Assembly (NCBI GenBank): GCA_965248445.1
Contig: CBDFJG010000002.1
Span: 544,001 to 608,000 of the forward strand
Origin: Planctomycetota bacterium
GTDB lineage: Bacteria; Planctomycetota; JAJSAM01; JAJVHW01
Length of the DNA stretch: 64,000 bases
Direction: 5' to 3'
Under the pieces are notes generated by a model. It saw only the letters and a program-made list of their open reading frames with translations, made no database searches and was not told the origin of the DNA. The position numbers and the translations under genes are program-made. This document shows, piece after piece, positions 1-10,833 of the stretch (positions are counted from its first letter, which is position 1; each line of letters starts with the position of its first letter).

Positions 1-545
1 AGGCGCTGCATCGTGGCGTGCATGCGCGACTTCACGGTGCCGACCGGAATGTCCAGGATCTCGGAGATGTCGGCGTACCGCAGGCCCCGGGTCTCGGCGA
101 GCGTGAACACAGCGCGCTGCTCGTCGGTGAGTGTCTCGATCGCCGCCTGGATGCGCCCCGCCAGCTCCTGGTCCGCCGCGGTCTGGTCAGGCCGCCTTGC
201 CCGTCCCGCGAGAATCGTGGCGAGATCGCCGCCCTCACCGGACGTGGGGGCGTCCAGGGAGGCCACTCCCGGCGCGGCGCGGCGCGAGCGGTAGCGGTCG
301 ATCCAGTAGTTCTCGGCGATGCGGTACATGTAAGTGGTGAACTTGGCGCGTGGTTCCCAGCGCCCCCTGTGCTTCACGATCCGAAGGAAGACCTCTTGGA
401 CATAGTCCCGGGCCAGCTCCCGGTCGAAGCAGCGTCTGTAGAAGAAGTTGAGGAGCCCACGTTGGTGCCTCTCGACCAGCTGGCGAAACGCTTCGTCGTC
501 GCCGGCCCCAAAGAGCTCCATGAGCTCGGCGTCGTCACGAGGCAT
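1..545 (-). CDS. ECF-type RNA polymerase sigma-70 factor (3' end runs off window)
   Basis: Manual translation, not in the ORF track: MPRDDAELMELFGAGDDEAFRQLVERHQRGLLNFFYRR...DYVQEVFLRIVK...KFTTYMYRIAEN (region 2) and LTDEQRAVFTLAETRGLRYADISEILDIPVGTVKSRMH (region 4). Confidence 0.92.
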   Translation of the reverse strand, partial: MPRDDAELMELFGAGDDEAFRQLVERHQRGLLNFFYRRCFDRELARDYVQEVFLRIVKHRGRWEPRAKFTTYMYRIAENYWIDRYRSRRAAPGVASLDAPTSGEGGDLATILAGRARRPDQTAADQELAGRIQAAIETLTDEQRAVFTLAETRGLRYADISEILDIPVGTVKSRMHATMQR

Positions 546-753
546 CCGCCACCATCCCCTCCAACGAGGGACACGCCCTTCGGTTCGCCTCGAATCCGCT
601 CATCTGGAGTCGGTGTAGCAAAGGTGCGGCCCCGGGGGCAGTCCAGGCTCCGCGAGTCTGGATCTGGGGGGGGGGGATCTGGCGGCTCGATCTGGCGGCT
701 CGGATCGGCGGGCGGCGGGGCCAGTCAGTTAGGGGCGAGTCAGCGGGGCCAAG

Positions 754-3700
754 TCAGCGGGGCGAGTCGGCGGGCGGCGCCCACAGCACGATCTTTGCGA
801 CCTCGCCGGGTGTGACCAGCACCCTGACTGTGAAGTCCGTCCCCGCCACCCGCACGCGGTAGGTGCCGGGGGAGAGGTCCGGGACCTGCACCACCCCGTC
901 CACCCCTGTGCGGCGGGTCGAGTCGTTCGGCTCGAGCCCGGCGGTCGACGACGGATCCCCGCGGGGGTCGCGGCCGCCGAGATCCTCGACCGACACGTCG
1001 TGGCCCTCCGCCGGGAAGAAGCCGTTGTAGAGAACGAGCACCCGCAGCGCGCCGGCGAGCTCGAGCGAAATGTCGCCGACGTCGTAGACCTCGCCGGCGC
1101 CGAGGATGAAGCCTCCGACCAGCGCACGGCCGCGCCCCCACGCCCCGGCTTCCACCTGCAAATCGCCCCGGCCGAGTCCACCGAGACGTACTCGGCCATC
1201 GACGCCGGCCCGCGCACGGAGCCGCACACGGACGCCGTTGACATCCGTTGGCACTGCGCTGATCCAACCGTGCGGAACCGGGCGCCCGCGGTGGTCCACC
1301 AGTCGTGCGACGAGCGCGGCCTCCCGGGGCAGCGCAATCTCGACGGTCGGATCCGGACCGTCACCGCCGACACGAACGGGACCGGCAAGGCCCTCGCTGC
1401 GACCGGGTGCGCGCGCCTCCAGCGAGTAGTCACCCGGAGCAAGCCCGCGCGCCGTGAACTCTCCCGAGGATCCGCTGACGACCGACGCCACGGTGTGCAC
1501 CCGCAGGCCGTCCTCGTCGGTCTCCCACACGTACACGCTCGCACCCGGTACGGCGCGCCCGTCCTCCGTGTCCCGCACGACGCCGGAGAGCGACGCTGTC
1601 GGCAGCTCTATCTCGCGCAGGTACTCGGGCGCGTCGGGTAAGTCGAGCTTGATGAGGTGCGTGATCCCTGCCAGCGGTGCAACCTCCAGTTCCATGGGAC
1701 CCGGCGGGAGCGGCGGCAGCGCGAATCCACCGGATGCGTCGGTACGTGTCGTTACCTCGACGCGCTCCGGCACGCCACCACGAGCGCGCATGTGTGCGAA
1801 CGCCTCCGGACGACCGTCGCGCAGGAGGCGGCCGATAAAACGCGTCCCTGCATCCAGGTCGATGTTGACCTCGCGCTCGCGGCCCCACCTCGGCACCTCC
1901 AACCGCACACGGCGATCGCCGACGGTGACGACCACCGCACCCGGCGGAACTCCGGGCATCTCGAAACGGCCGAACGAGTCCGTCTGAGCCGCAAACGTGA
2001 ATCCGTTGTCGTGGTCGAGCACGACCTCGACGGCGGTCGCCGCGACGCCGTGAGCACTCGTGACGTTTCCGCGCACGAGCACGCCCGGCGACAGCGTGAC
2101 GACTCCGAGGTCGACCAGCGCGCCGACGTGCACCGAAAACGGCGTCGACACGTGCGGCGCGTAGCCGTCCGCCTCGACGACGATGCGGGCGACGCCCGGC
2201 GGCACGCCGAGGACCGCGAATCGCCCGCGGGCGTCGGCCTCACTTGTCCGCGCCAGCCACGCGGCGTCGCCGGCGGGCTCGACGCTGATTCGCGCGCCTT
2301 CGACCGCGCCGCCGTCGGCGCCCACGACCTCGCCGCGCACGATCTCACCGCGCGACAGCCGCACCGTTCCGATGTCCTGGACGGCGCCGTCGTCCGTCGC
2401 AACGACCACGGCCTCGACGGCTCCGTGCAGGGCGTCGGAGCGGAGCTCCAATCGGCTCCGGCCGGGCGGCAACCGCACGGAGAACTGCCCCGCCGGATCG
2501 GACAGCGACTTGCTCACGATGTGGGCTGGGGATTCCGTGCCGCCTTCGCGGAGGTCAATCTCCGGGACGGCGAGGGCGGTCAGGTCGAGCCGCGTGACCG
2601 CGGTGCCCTCGGGGCTCACGACGCGCATGTTCACGGACGTCTCTACCGCGAGCTTCAGTTCCAGCGGCCATCCGCTCGGCAGCACTGTGTCGGCCGTCAC
2701 AACCGAATCGCTCCCGGGCGCGTGCGCCGACACAGTGGCCGTGCCCGGCGCCAGCCCCGCGAAAACTGTGGTGTCGTCTGCGCCGACTTCGTCCATCCGA
2801 CTCGCGCCGTCCGCATCGGTGACGCTGACCATCGTGCCGAGCGGCGCATCGGGGACAACTACCGTGAGTTCGTAACCGAGTCGCAGAGAGAGGTCGCCCG
2901 TCGGAGCGGGATCATCGGCCGTCGCGATGAACGGACCGAAGCGCCCCTCGCGCAGGTTCGTTGCCATCGGCGGCGTCGCCACGAGCATCACGGGTTCGCT
3001 CGGCACGCCGTCGAGCCGGAACTCGCCGTTCTCGTCCGTGACCGCCGTGGCAAGTGGCGGGCGTCCCGCGCCCTCGCCCTCACGCCGCACCGCGATCTCG
3101 ACATCGCCAACACCAAGGGCGCCGCCCGTCACGATGCGTCCGGCGAGACGTCCGCCCTCATCCAGCTCGAACGACAGCGGACCGCCGTCGGCGCCCGGCG
3201 CCAGCGAGATTCCGGTACGTACCAGAGGCGCGAAGCCCGGGAAGCGGGCCTCCACCCGCACGCCGTCGGCGGGCTGTAACCCCGCGATCCGGAATCCGCC
3301 TTCGCCGTCGGCCGTCACGACCACCGACTCCGGCCGGCCGTCCGCGCGGGGCGGCCACTCTATGAGGATCTCCGCGCCACCGAGCGACTCCCCGCCAATG
3401 CCGGAGACGACCCCCGTCAGCCGAGCGGCGCGAACCAGCGTGACGACCACGTCCGAACGCGTCTCGCCTTCTGACAGCACGAACTTCGGCGCTTCCCGCA
3501 GGACGAACTCCGAGCCCGCGACGCTGAGCACGTGCGCGCCTTCGTCGACGCCGCGAAACGTGAACCTCCCGTCGTCGTCCGTCTTCGTGACCGACGGTCC
3601 GAGAGTCAGCGTGACACCGACGGCCGGGGTTCCACCGGGCACCGCGCGGGCGAGACCGCTGAGCGCCCCGCCGCGGCGCAGCACGAGTTCGGGAACGACG

Positions 3701-4323
3701 CCGTCGCCGATGCGCAGCGGAAGCCGTTCGCTCCCCACCCACCCGTCCGCGCGGGCCGACGCCTCCGCGACGACCCCGCCGGGAATGTGATCGAACAGGA
3801 CGCGACCCTTCTCGTCGGACACGGTGGTGAGCGTGAACCCGTGCCGGGACTTCCCGGCCGGCGGACGTCCGAGCACGTCCACCACGAAGACCAGGGAGGC
3901 GACGGCATCTGTTATCGCGTCGCCCGAAGGATCGGTCACGCGCAGTTCTGCGGAGGCGCTCGCTTCCACAGCGACCGTGGCGTTCACAACACCCCCGTCC
4001 ACCGGCGCCCGCACGTACTGCACGATCGGCGGCACATCCGGCCCGAAGACGAGAACCGTGCAGCCGCCGCGCACGCCGCTGAGGGCGGCGCGCCCTTCGC
4101 CATCGGTGCGCACCGCTTCCGCCACCACCTGTTCAGGTCCGTCACCCGGGCGCACCGCGGCGACGGACGCGCCCGAAACCGGCTCGCCGTCAGACAGGAG
4201 CGAGATGCCGCGGCGCACGTCGATGACCACGACGTGCGGCTCGTCGGCTGCGAAGGCCGACGTTGCCGAGAGCGCGAGAAGCGTCCACGCAAGCAGCCGG
4301 CGGGAACGAAGTGCTCGCTTCAC
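754..4323 (-). CDS. Large secreted protein with multiple carboxypeptidase-regulatory-like (beta-sandwich) repeats
   Basis: GTG start overlaps the tsaE stop (GTGA); signal peptide LLAWTLLALSATSAFA; repeated TDxxGxF...L.PG motifs throughout ~1190 aa. Confidence 0.85.
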   Translation of the reverse strand: MKRALRSRRLLAWTLLALSATSAFAADEPHVVVIDVRRGISLLSDGEPVSGASVAAVRPGDGPEQVVAEAVRTDGEGRAALSGVRGGCTVLVFGPDVPPIVQYVRAPVDGGVVNATVAVEASASAELRVTDPSGDAITDAVASLVFVVDVLGRPPAGKSRHGFTLTTVSDEKGRVLFDHIPGGVVAEASARADGWVGSERLPLRIGDGVVPELVLRRGGALSGLARAVPGGTPAVGVTLTLGPSVTKTDDDGRFTFRGVDEGAHVLSVAGSEFVLREAPKFVLSEGETRSDVVVTLVRAARLTGVVSGIGGESLGGAEILIEWPPRADGRPESVVVTADGEGGFRIAGLQPADGVRVEARFPGFAPLVRTGISLAPGADGGPLSFELDEGGRLAGRIVTGGALGVGDVEIAVRREGEGAGRPPLATAVTDENGEFRLDGVPSEPVMLVATPPMATNLREGRFGPFIATADDPAPTGDLSLRLGYELTVVVPDAPLGTMVSVTDADGASRMDEVGADDTTVFAGLAPGTATVSAHAPGSDSVVTADTVLPSGWPLELKLAVETSVNMRVVSPEGTAVTRLDLTALAVPEIDLREGGTESPAHIVSKSLSDPAGQFSVRLPPGRSRLELRSDALHGAVEAVVVATDDGAVQDIGTVRLSRGEIVRGEVVGADGGAVEGARISVEPAGDAAWLARTSEADARGRFAVLGVPPGVARIVVEADGYAPHVSTPFSVHVGALVDLGVVTLSPGVLVRGNVTSAHGVAATAVEVVLDHDNGFTFAAQTDSFGRFEMPGVPPGAVVVTVGDRRVRLEVPRWGREREVNIDLDAGTRFIGRLLRDGRPEAFAHMRARGGVPERVEVTTRTDASGGFALPPLPPGPMELEVAPLAGITHLIKLDLPDAPEYLREIELPTASLSGVVRDTEDGRAVPGASVYVWETDEDGLRVHTVASVVSGSSGEFTARGLAPGDYSLEARAPGRSEGLAGPVRVGGDGPDPTVEIALPREAALVARLVDHRGRPVPHGWISAVPTDVNGVRVRLRARAGVDGRVRLGGLGRGDLQVEAGAWGRGRALVGGFILGAGEVYDVGDISLELAGALRVLVLYNGFFPAEGHDVSVEDLGGRDPRGDPSSTAGLEPNDSTRRTGVDGVVQVPDLSPGTYRVRVAGTDFTVRVLVTPGEVAKIVLWAPPADSPR

Positions 4324-4817
4324 GACACGTCCAGTGCGGCCTCGCACCGGGCGAGCCAGGCAGACGACTGCGGGCCTCCGGCAGCGAGCCGCACGCGCCT
4401 CGTCGACTCCGACGCGTGATCGAGCGCGATGTCGATGCGATCGGCCGGGAGAGCGCCGCTCACGACCTCCGCCCACTCGATCACGACGACTGCGCGGCCC
4501 GCCAGATCCTCGTCGAGACCGAGTTCGGTGACGTCCTCCGGGCCATTCATCCGATACGCGTCGACATGCACCAGCGGTGGGCTGCCTTCGTACCGCACGA
4601 CGCGCAAGAACGTCGGACTGGTGACGTCACGAGCCGACGCGACACCGAGCCCTTCCGCCAGGCCCTTGACGAGCGTCGTCTTGCCGGCACCGAGGTGACC
4701 GGAGAGCGCGAGCACGCCGGCCGCCGCAGGCGGCAACGCTCCTGCGAGAGCGCGGCCGAGAGCGACCGTCGCGTCCGCTCCCTCGAGCGTGCGCTCAATC
4801 CTCGCGGAAGTGGTCAT
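4320..4817 (-). CDS. tsaE: tRNA threonylcarbamoyladenosine biosynthesis ATPase TsaE
   Basis: GHLGAGKTT P-loop, VTSPTF, HVDAYR and IEWAE motifs. Confidence 0.95.
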   Translation of the reverse strand: MTTSARIERTLEGADATVALGRALAGALPPAAAGVLALSGHLGAGKTTLVKGLAEGLGVASARDVTSPTFLRVVRYEGSPPLVHVDAYRMNGPEDVTELGLDEDLAGRAVVVIEWAEVVSGALPADRIDIALDHASESTRRVRLAAGGPQSSAWLARCEAALDVS

Positions 4818-5760
4818 GCCCCCGCCGCTCCATCACGCGGACGCCGTCGTCCTCGTCCACGAGCAGGTACGAGCGGTCCTCGGTCACCGTCCCGATACGC
4901 GTCACCACCGTGCCCGAGAGACCGTCGAACGCCAGCGCGTCGGCGCGATCCGGTGTGCAGGTGAAGAGCAACTCGAAGTCCTCCCCGTCGTGCAACGCGT
5001 GATCGAGCGGCGAACGGCCGTCCTGCTCCGACGCGCGCCGTGCATCGTCGTGCACGGGGACGCGGTCGGCACGGACGCGCGCACCGACACCGGACGCGTC
5101 GAGCACGTGCCCGAGGTCGGTCGAGAGGCCGTCGGAGATGTCGATCATCGCATGCACCCCGCCCCCTTGGACGAGCGCCAGCGCCTCGACTTGCCGAGGT
5201 TCCGGGTGGAGATGACGGGAGAGCAGCGAACCGCCCAGGGCGCCGGTCACACAGATCGTGTCGCCGACCTGTGCACCGCTCCGCACGCACGCCGTATCCG
5301 GGGTCGCCCCGATCGCGGTCACGTCGATGACCACGGGGCCGGGCGAGGAGGACGTGTCCCCGCCGACCACCGCGACCCCGAACCGGTCCGCGCAGCCGAG
5401 CAATCCCTCGAGCAACTCGTCTGCGAACTCACCGAGTCGCGACGTCGGCAGCGCCACGGTGACCAGCGCCCACATGGTGCGGGCACCCATCGCCGCCACG
5501 TCGCTGATCGACACCGCAAGTGCCTTCCACCCGACATCGCGAGCCGACGCCCCGCCCGGCCCGAGCCGGAAGTGCTCCCCTTCCACGAGGACGTCGGACG
5601 TCGCGACGAGGATCTCGCCGGGCGGTGGGATCAGGACGGCGGCATCATCGCCAGGTCCGAGCACCACGCCGTTCGCCGGTGCGTCGCCCACGCGTTCGCG
5701 CAGACCGCGGATCCACTCAGTCTCCGTGCGCCTTCTCCCCGGACCACCGTCGCTGCTCAT
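4795..5760 (-). CDS. thiL: Thiamine-monophosphate kinase
   Basis: GPGDDAA, SDVAAMG, GGDT, IDISDGL and DGEDFELLF motifs. Confidence 0.95.
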   Translation of the reverse strand: MSSDGGPGRRRTETEWIRGLRERVGDAPANGVVLGPGDDAAVLIPPPGEILVATSDVLVEGEHFRLGPGGASARDVGWKALAVSISDVAAMGARTMWALVTVALPTSRLGEFADELLEGLLGCADRFGVAVVGGDTSSSPGPVVIDVTAIGATPDTACVRSGAQVGDTICVTGALGGSLLSRHLHPEPRQVEALALVQGGGVHAMIDISDGLSTDLGHVLDASGVGARVRADRVPVHDDARRASEQDGRSPLDHALHDGEDFELLFTCTPDRADALAFDGLSGTVVTRIGTVTEDRSYLLVDEDDGVRVMERRGHDHFRED

Positions 5761-7601
5761 CGGGAGCTGGGTGGCGGAAGGGGAGGCGCGGGTGGCTTCG
5801 CGCCCGTCTTGGCGGGCGGAGTCACCGACGACGTGTTCTTCGGAGGCAGCGGCGCACCACGGGAAGTCGGGGGTCGCGGTGTCGGAGGCTTCGGACGCAT
5901 GTTCCCCGCGACCGCCGGACGCGCAGCACCGGACGCCGCAGTCTTCGGAACGGGCTGTGTCTTCGGCGGCGCGGCGGACGCGAGGATCCGCTCCGCTGCG
6001 GTGCGCACCTCCGCGTTGTCATCCGTAGCCAGATCGCGCGCACGGGATTCTCCGCGCGCCGGCGACGCGAACGCGAGCATCGAGAGCGCCGCGCCGCGCA
6101 CCGCGGCATCCCCGTCCCGTGTACCGCGCTCGAGGTCGTTCTCCGCATCCTCGCCGAGGAGCAGCGCCAGCGCGGCGAGCGAGAGCCGCCGCACGTCCGG
6201 ATCGTCGTCGTCGATCATCTCGCGCAGCGCCGGGGCGGCAGACGGATCGCCTGCTTCGCCGAGCGCCACGGCGGCGCGGGCCCGCACGCGCGCGTCTTTC
6301 GACACGACATCGCTCGCGACGCCCGGTGCACTGGCAGCGACCTCCTCGGAGATGCCGACTGCCAAGAGGGCTTGCGACGCCGCGGGGTGGTCGGGAAAGT
6401 CTGCCGCGAACGCGCGGTAGAGGCGCGAGGACTGCTCCGCCTCGCCCGCCGCTTCGGTGACACGCGCGGCCAGGAGACGCGCCTCCGCTGGTCGCAACAG
6501 GGCATCCGCCGGCGTCGAAGCGCTCTGCAGGTGGCGCGCCGCTCCCTTCAGATCGTTACGCAGGAATGCGACGTGGGCGAGCACGATGCGTGCCTCCGCC
6601 GCGACGTATTCGTTCGCGTCGCCGTCCCGCAGCGCCGCCTTCAGCACCGGCGCCGCGAGGGCTGCGCCCTCCGGTGAATCCGACGCGAGCGCGTCGCGCG
6701 CTTCCGCGAGCGCGCCGAGCGGGCCACCGAGCGCCAGATCATCGAGCGCCTCGGCCCGTTCGGTCTCCGCCGCGGCCTCGAGGAACACGTCGCCCTGGAC
6801 GCCCACCGCATCGAGAGCCGCTGCCTCCCCGGCGCCGGACAGGCGTTCCTTGACGAAGCGCGCGAGCGGCCGGTCGCCGCGGGCGATGCGCTCGAGCGCC
6901 CGGACGCGCGTCGCGGCAACGAGCGGATCCTCGATGTCGTCGACCGGGAACAGCGAGTTGGCCGACACGCGGAGCGTCGGCCCACCGAGCGCGCGCTCGT
7001 GCAGCAAACGGTCGAAGGAACCGGACAGTTCCACGGCCAATCCGTTGGTCAACCAGGGTGGCGGAGTGCGGTCGCCGGCTGTCGACAGAACCGCTGCCTC
7101 GATCACCATGGGCGCGAAGTGCGCCGCAGGAAGGAACGTGCCGCTCAACAGACCCGTGACCGGCACGCGCAGCACCGGGCGGCGTACGCCGTCGATGAGG
7201 CGCACGGCGACGTCACCGCGCCGGGGCACGTCGTCGTCACCGAGCACGACCAGTGGTCCGCGCCCCTCTGTGAACGAGAGCCCAGCTTCGCTCGCCGCCA
7301 CGGCGGCGGCGTCATCGGCGACGCGCGTGAGTTCGCGGACGAGCGACTCGAGGCGCTCGTCATCGGATCGGTCACCGTCGTATGGACGCACCTCGACCGC
7401 ACCGCCGGTGGACGCGATGGAGACGACGGCCTTCTGCGGTGCCGAGGGCGCGTTCGACAGTTCCTTCTTCGCGCGCGAAGCGACGGGACCGTTCACCCCG
7501 TAGACCGCCTCACAGCCGCCGGTCGCGAGAGCGCCGGCAAGAAGGAGTAGCGCCGCGCTCGCGCGCGAGGCGGAACGTTCCGGGTTTCGAGTGCTCAGCA
7601 T
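5757..7601 (-). CDS. Probable lipoprotein with TPR-like and HEAT repeats and Pro-rich tail
   Basis: Lipobox-like LATGGC; HEAT repeats DARVRARAAVALG, DPDVRRLSLAAL and DAAVRGAALSML. Confidence 0.75.
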   Translation of the reverse strand: MLSTRNPERSASRASAALLLLAGALATGGCEAVYGVNGPVASRAKKELSNAPSAPQKAVVSIASTGGAVEVRPYDGDRSDDERLESLVRELTRVADDAAAVAASEAGLSFTEGRGPLVVLGDDDVPRRGDVAVRLIDGVRRPVLRVPVTGLLSGTFLPAAHFAPMVIEAAVLSTAGDRTPPPWLTNGLAVELSGSFDRLLHERALGGPTLRVSANSLFPVDDIEDPLVAATRVRALERIARGDRPLARFVKERLSGAGEAAALDAVGVQGDVFLEAAAETERAEALDDLALGGPLGALAEARDALASDSPEGAALAAPVLKAALRDGDANEYVAAEARIVLAHVAFLRNDLKGAARHLQSASTPADALLRPAEARLLAARVTEAAGEAEQSSRLYRAFAADFPDHPAASQALLAVGISEEVAASAPGVASDVVSKDARVRARAAVALGEAGDPSAAPALREMIDDDDPDVRRLSLAALALLLGEDAENDLERGTRDGDAAVRGAALSMLAFASPARGESRARDLATDDNAEVRTAAERILASAAPPKTQPVPKTAASGAARPAVAGNMRPKPPTPRPPTSRGAPLPPKNTSSVTPPAKTGAKPPAPPLPPPSSR

Positions 7602-7788
7602 GTTCCCACCTCGGCGGCGCGCGCCGGCGCCGGAGCTGTGTTCATCGGCCCCGATCTACGGGACCTTCGCCTCCCGCATTCGCGGGCCGCCCGATTCCCG
7701 GCTGTCGGCCTCCGGGTCGGATCGAGCCCCACACGGTACGCGAGAAGCACCATCCCCCTGTCACCAACTCGCCGTCACCAACTCGGCT

Positions 7789-8394
7789 TCAGGCCGAGCG
7801 CCAGGCCGCGAGCAGCCCCGCCGCAGCCGCCTCGGGATCGGGCGACGTGACCACCGCACGGATCACCGCGAGGCCTGCCGCACCGGTCCGGGAGAGCCCT
7901 GCCGCCGAGGCCGAGTCGAGCCCGCCGAGCGCCAGGACCGGCAGGTCACGGGCGAGGCTGATCGCACGCTCGAGGCCGGCGCGTCCGCGGGGCGCGAGGA
8001 CCCCCTGTTTGGACGGCGTCTCGAACACGGGCCCGAACGTGACGTAGTCCGCTCCGGCGGCGATTGCCGCCGCCAGCTCGACGTCATCGTGAACGCTCAC
8101 GCCCACGATCGCATGCGAGCCGAGAACGGAACGGGCCGCGCCGACGGGGGGCGAGAGGTGTCCGAGGTGCACGCCGTCGGCGACCAGGCGCAGCGCCGCC
8201 TCGAGATCGTGATTGACCACGAACGTCACGCCGGAAGACGCGCACAGGCGCCGTAGCGGCTGCCCGAACCTCACCAGCGCGTCGGTGGAGAGGTCCTTCT
8301 CGCGCAGCATCACGGCGTCGACCCCGCCAGCGATCGCACGGCGCACCACATCGGTCAGGTCATCTGCCAGCCGGCGGTCGGTGATGAGCATCAA
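7789..8394 (-). CDS. thiE: Thiamine-phosphate synthase
   Basis: LITDR, MLREKD, ADGVHLG, GVSVH, GPVFETPSK and LALGG motifs. Confidence 0.93.
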   Translation of the reverse strand: MMLITDRRLADDLTDVVRRAIAGGVDAVMLREKDLSTDALVRFGQPLRRLCASSGVTFVVNHDLEAALRLVADGVHLGHLSPPVGAARSVLGSHAIVGVSVHDDVELAAAIAAGADYVTFGPVFETPSKQGVLAPRGRAGLERAISLARDLPVLALGGLDSASAAGLSRTGAAGLAVIRAVVTSPDPEAAAAGLLAAWRSA

Positions 8395-8426
8395 CTCGCC
8401 CGGCGCACGGCGTTCTGCCCGACCGC

Positions 8427-9152
8427 TCAGAGGATGTGCTCCAGGCCGTACGTGAGTCCGGTCAGCCCTTGTACATTGCGCACGGCGAGCAGCACGCCGG
8501 GCATGAACGACTCGCGGGTCAGCGTGTCGTGACGCAGCGTCAGTGTGTCGCCGTCACCGCCGAACAAGCACTCCATACGGGCGAGCAGCCCGGGCACGCG
8601 CAGACTGTGCACGCGCACGCCCTCGACGGTCCCGCCGCGCACGCCCGGCACCGACTCGTTGCCCGGGGCGGGAGGTGATGCACCGCGCGCCCTTGCGATG
8701 TCCGAGGCAATCTTGAGAGACGTGCCCGACGGCGCGTCGGGCTTCTTGTCGCTGTGCGCCTCGATCAGTTCGACATGCGGCAGATGTTCCGCCGCTTGGG
8801 CGGCAAAGCTTGCCATCAGCACCGAGGCGATCGCGAAGTTGGGCGCGATCAGCGCGCTCTTGTCGTGACGTGCGCACAGATCAGCCGCCGCGGCCACCTC
8901 GCCCGTTCCGAACCCGCTGGTGCCGACGACAGCGTGCGCACCGGCCGAGAGGATCGACTCGAGCACCGACAGCGCGCTCGACGCGACGGTGAAGTCGATC
9001 ACCACGTCTGCACCGGCGTCCCGGATCCGGGCGTCCAGGTCATCGCCCAGATCGGTCTCCGCCACGAGCGTCATGTCGTCCGCACCGCTCACGGCCGCGC
9101 AGGCGACGCGTCCCATGCGGCCCCGGGCTCCGTTGACTCCCACGCGAATCAC
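8427..9152 (-). CDS. dapB: 4-hydroxy-tetrahydrodipicolinate reductase
   Basis: GARGRMG, IDFT, GTSG, APNF, EAHSDKKPDAPSGT; GTG start overlaps the upstream stop. Confidence 0.95.
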   Translation of the reverse strand: MIRVGVNGARGRMGRVACAAVSGADDMTLVAETDLGDDLDARIRDAGADVVIDFTVASSALSVLESILSAGAHAVVGTSGFGTGEVAAAADLCARHDKSALIAPNFAIASVLMASFAAQAAEHLPHVELIEAHSDKKPDAPSGTSLKIASDIARARGASPPAPGNESVPGVRGGTVEGVRVHSLRVPGLLARMECLFGGDGDTLTLRHDTLTRESFMPGVLLAVRNVQGLTGLTYGLEHIL

Positions 9153-9589
9153 GACGACCTCCCCCGCAGAGTGATCACGAACGCCGCAACGGCACCCGCC
9201 TGTCCACGCGTCTCGATGGCACCCTGCCGTCGGCGACGCACTTCCGCGATCGCATCCGGCGGTGTGCGGCCGAGGCTCACGAGCCACGCGGCGCAAACCG
9301 TGCCCGTCCGGCCGAGGCCTGCGCCGCAGTGCACGGCGACCCGCCCGTTGCCGGCCAGCGCGGCGTCGATATAGTCGACGGCGGCGGCCAGTTGCTCTTG
9401 AGTCGGCGGCGAGAAGTCACGCACCGGCAGGTGCAGGGCCGACATCCCCACCTCTTCGAAATCGTCCGACATCCGCTCGGTCAATGCGATGACGTGCGTG
9501 ATGCCCCGCTCGCGCAGACGCGGGAGTTCCTCGGGCCACGGCTGGCTCATGGCGCCCACCTGATCGGTGACGATCCACGAGAAGCTCAT
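9149..9589 (-). CDS. Dual-specificity protein phosphatase family protein
   Basis: Catalytic HCGAGLGRTG (CX5R) motif; general-acid loop DFSPP. Confidence 0.92.
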   Translation of the reverse strand: MSFSWIVTDQVGAMSQPWPEELPRLRERGITHVIALTERMSDDFEEVGMSALHLPVRDFSPPTQEQLAAAVDYIDAALAGNGRVAVHCGAGLGRTGTVCAAWLVSLGRTPPDAIAEVRRRRQGAIETRGQAGAVAAFVITLRGRSS

Positions 9590-10050
9590 CCGTCGCCGTC
9601 CCCGGCAAGTTCACCACGGATGTACTCGGAGATCTGCCGCTGCGCCTCGTCATCGTCCCAGCCAACCCACCAGAACTCGAGACCCGTCTCGAACGGCGGC
9701 CCGGCGCTGCTGACGTACGCCGCGCGCGCCAACGCAACCACCGCACTCGGGAAGTTGGGAAGCGTCAGTTCGACGGCGAGGAACGTGCCCGGATCGAAGC
9801 GCTCGTCGCTCGCGTAGAGCAGTCCGCCGCCCGAGATGTTGACGGTCACGGCGTCGGTGCCCGGATCGTCGGGCACCAGGCCGTTCAGCCTGCGGACGCG
9901 GATGTTGCAGGCCTCGCGCAGGCGCGGGAAGCGGCGGCGCTCCGCACCCGCCGGAGGGTTCGGCGCGTTCGCCGACTCGGGTTCCGCGGATCCAGACTGC
10001 TCCGCGGATCCAGATTGTTCCGGGGATCCAGACTGCTCCGGTCCGCTCAT
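9586..10050 (-). CDS. PilZ-domain protein
   Basis: ERRRFPR (RxxxR) and NISGGG motifs; N-terminal EQSGS(P/A) repeats. Confidence 0.88.
   Translation of the reverse strand: MSGPEQSGSPEQSGSAEQSGSAEPESANAPNPPAGAERRRFPRLREACNIRVRRLNGLVPDDPGTDAVTVNISGGGLLYASDERFDPGTFLAVELTLPNFPSAVVALARAAYVSSAGPPFETGLEFWWVGWDDDEAQRQISEYIRGELAGDGDG
9983..10040. repeat. 18-bp coding tandem repeat x3 (EQSGSA/P)
   Basis: tccgcggatccagactgc / tccgcggatccagattgt / tccggggatccagactgc. Confidence 0.85.
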
Positions 10051-10123
10051 GCGCGACCTCCTGTCCCCGCCAACGTACCCGCGTCACGTCCGGGACCGGC
10101 AGCCATACGGGCAGCGAGCTGTG

Positions 10124-10199
<76 letters not shown>

Positions 10200-10398
10200 A
10201 CCGGGTTTGCTCGACCGGCCGCCAGCCGGGATCCGACCGGACCCATGAAGCCCGGTGCGTCCCCCTCGCGAGGGGGCGGCGAGCGTAGGACCGGCTCCTC
10301 CGGCCAACAAGGATTTCACACTGCCGGCAGGCATGGCTCGGATGCCCTTTCCTTCACGCCGGATCGGCCACCGGTAGACTCCCGGCCCGACGCGCGGT

Positions 10399-10473
<75 letters not shown>

Positions 10474-10628
10474 CCCGAGGGAGCTTCGACCGCGCCCAGC
10501 CACTGAGTTGAACCGGTGGATGGACTCCGTCAGGGTTGCTGCGCCGACTCCGTCGGCCTGCCATCGCTCCGCTCGGGCCTTCGGACGCTGCACGTCCTCG
10601 GCTCTGTCGCTCGCCCTGCTCGCTCCCG

Positions 10629-10649
10629 TCGAGTCCGGTACGGCCCACC
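10629..10649 (+). repeat. Degenerate copy of the tRNA-Val 3' end (att-like direct repeat)
   Basis: tcgagtccggtacggcccacc matches tRNA-Val 10452-10472 (tcaaatccagtacggcccacc) at 18 of 21 positions. Confidence 0.75.
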
Positions 10650-10833
10650 TCCAACAAGCTCTGCAGCAGCAACGACTTGCACACGTCGCCTCGGCAGCGT
10701 CCCCGGCTGCGTATCCAGACTGTGACTGACGCTCGCGTGCACCCCGGTCCGCTCGGTAGCCTCTGGTGAAGGCGTCGCCCGTCGGTTCGCGCACTCGGGC
10801 GCGAACCGACGGCTCGCGGCATCAGGAGGGCTT

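Noticed and set aside
660..710. G-run and 13-bp duplication (gatctggcggctc) upstream of the sigma gene
   Set aside because: Low-complexity intergenic sequence with no supportable function; its period differs from the 8-bp class.
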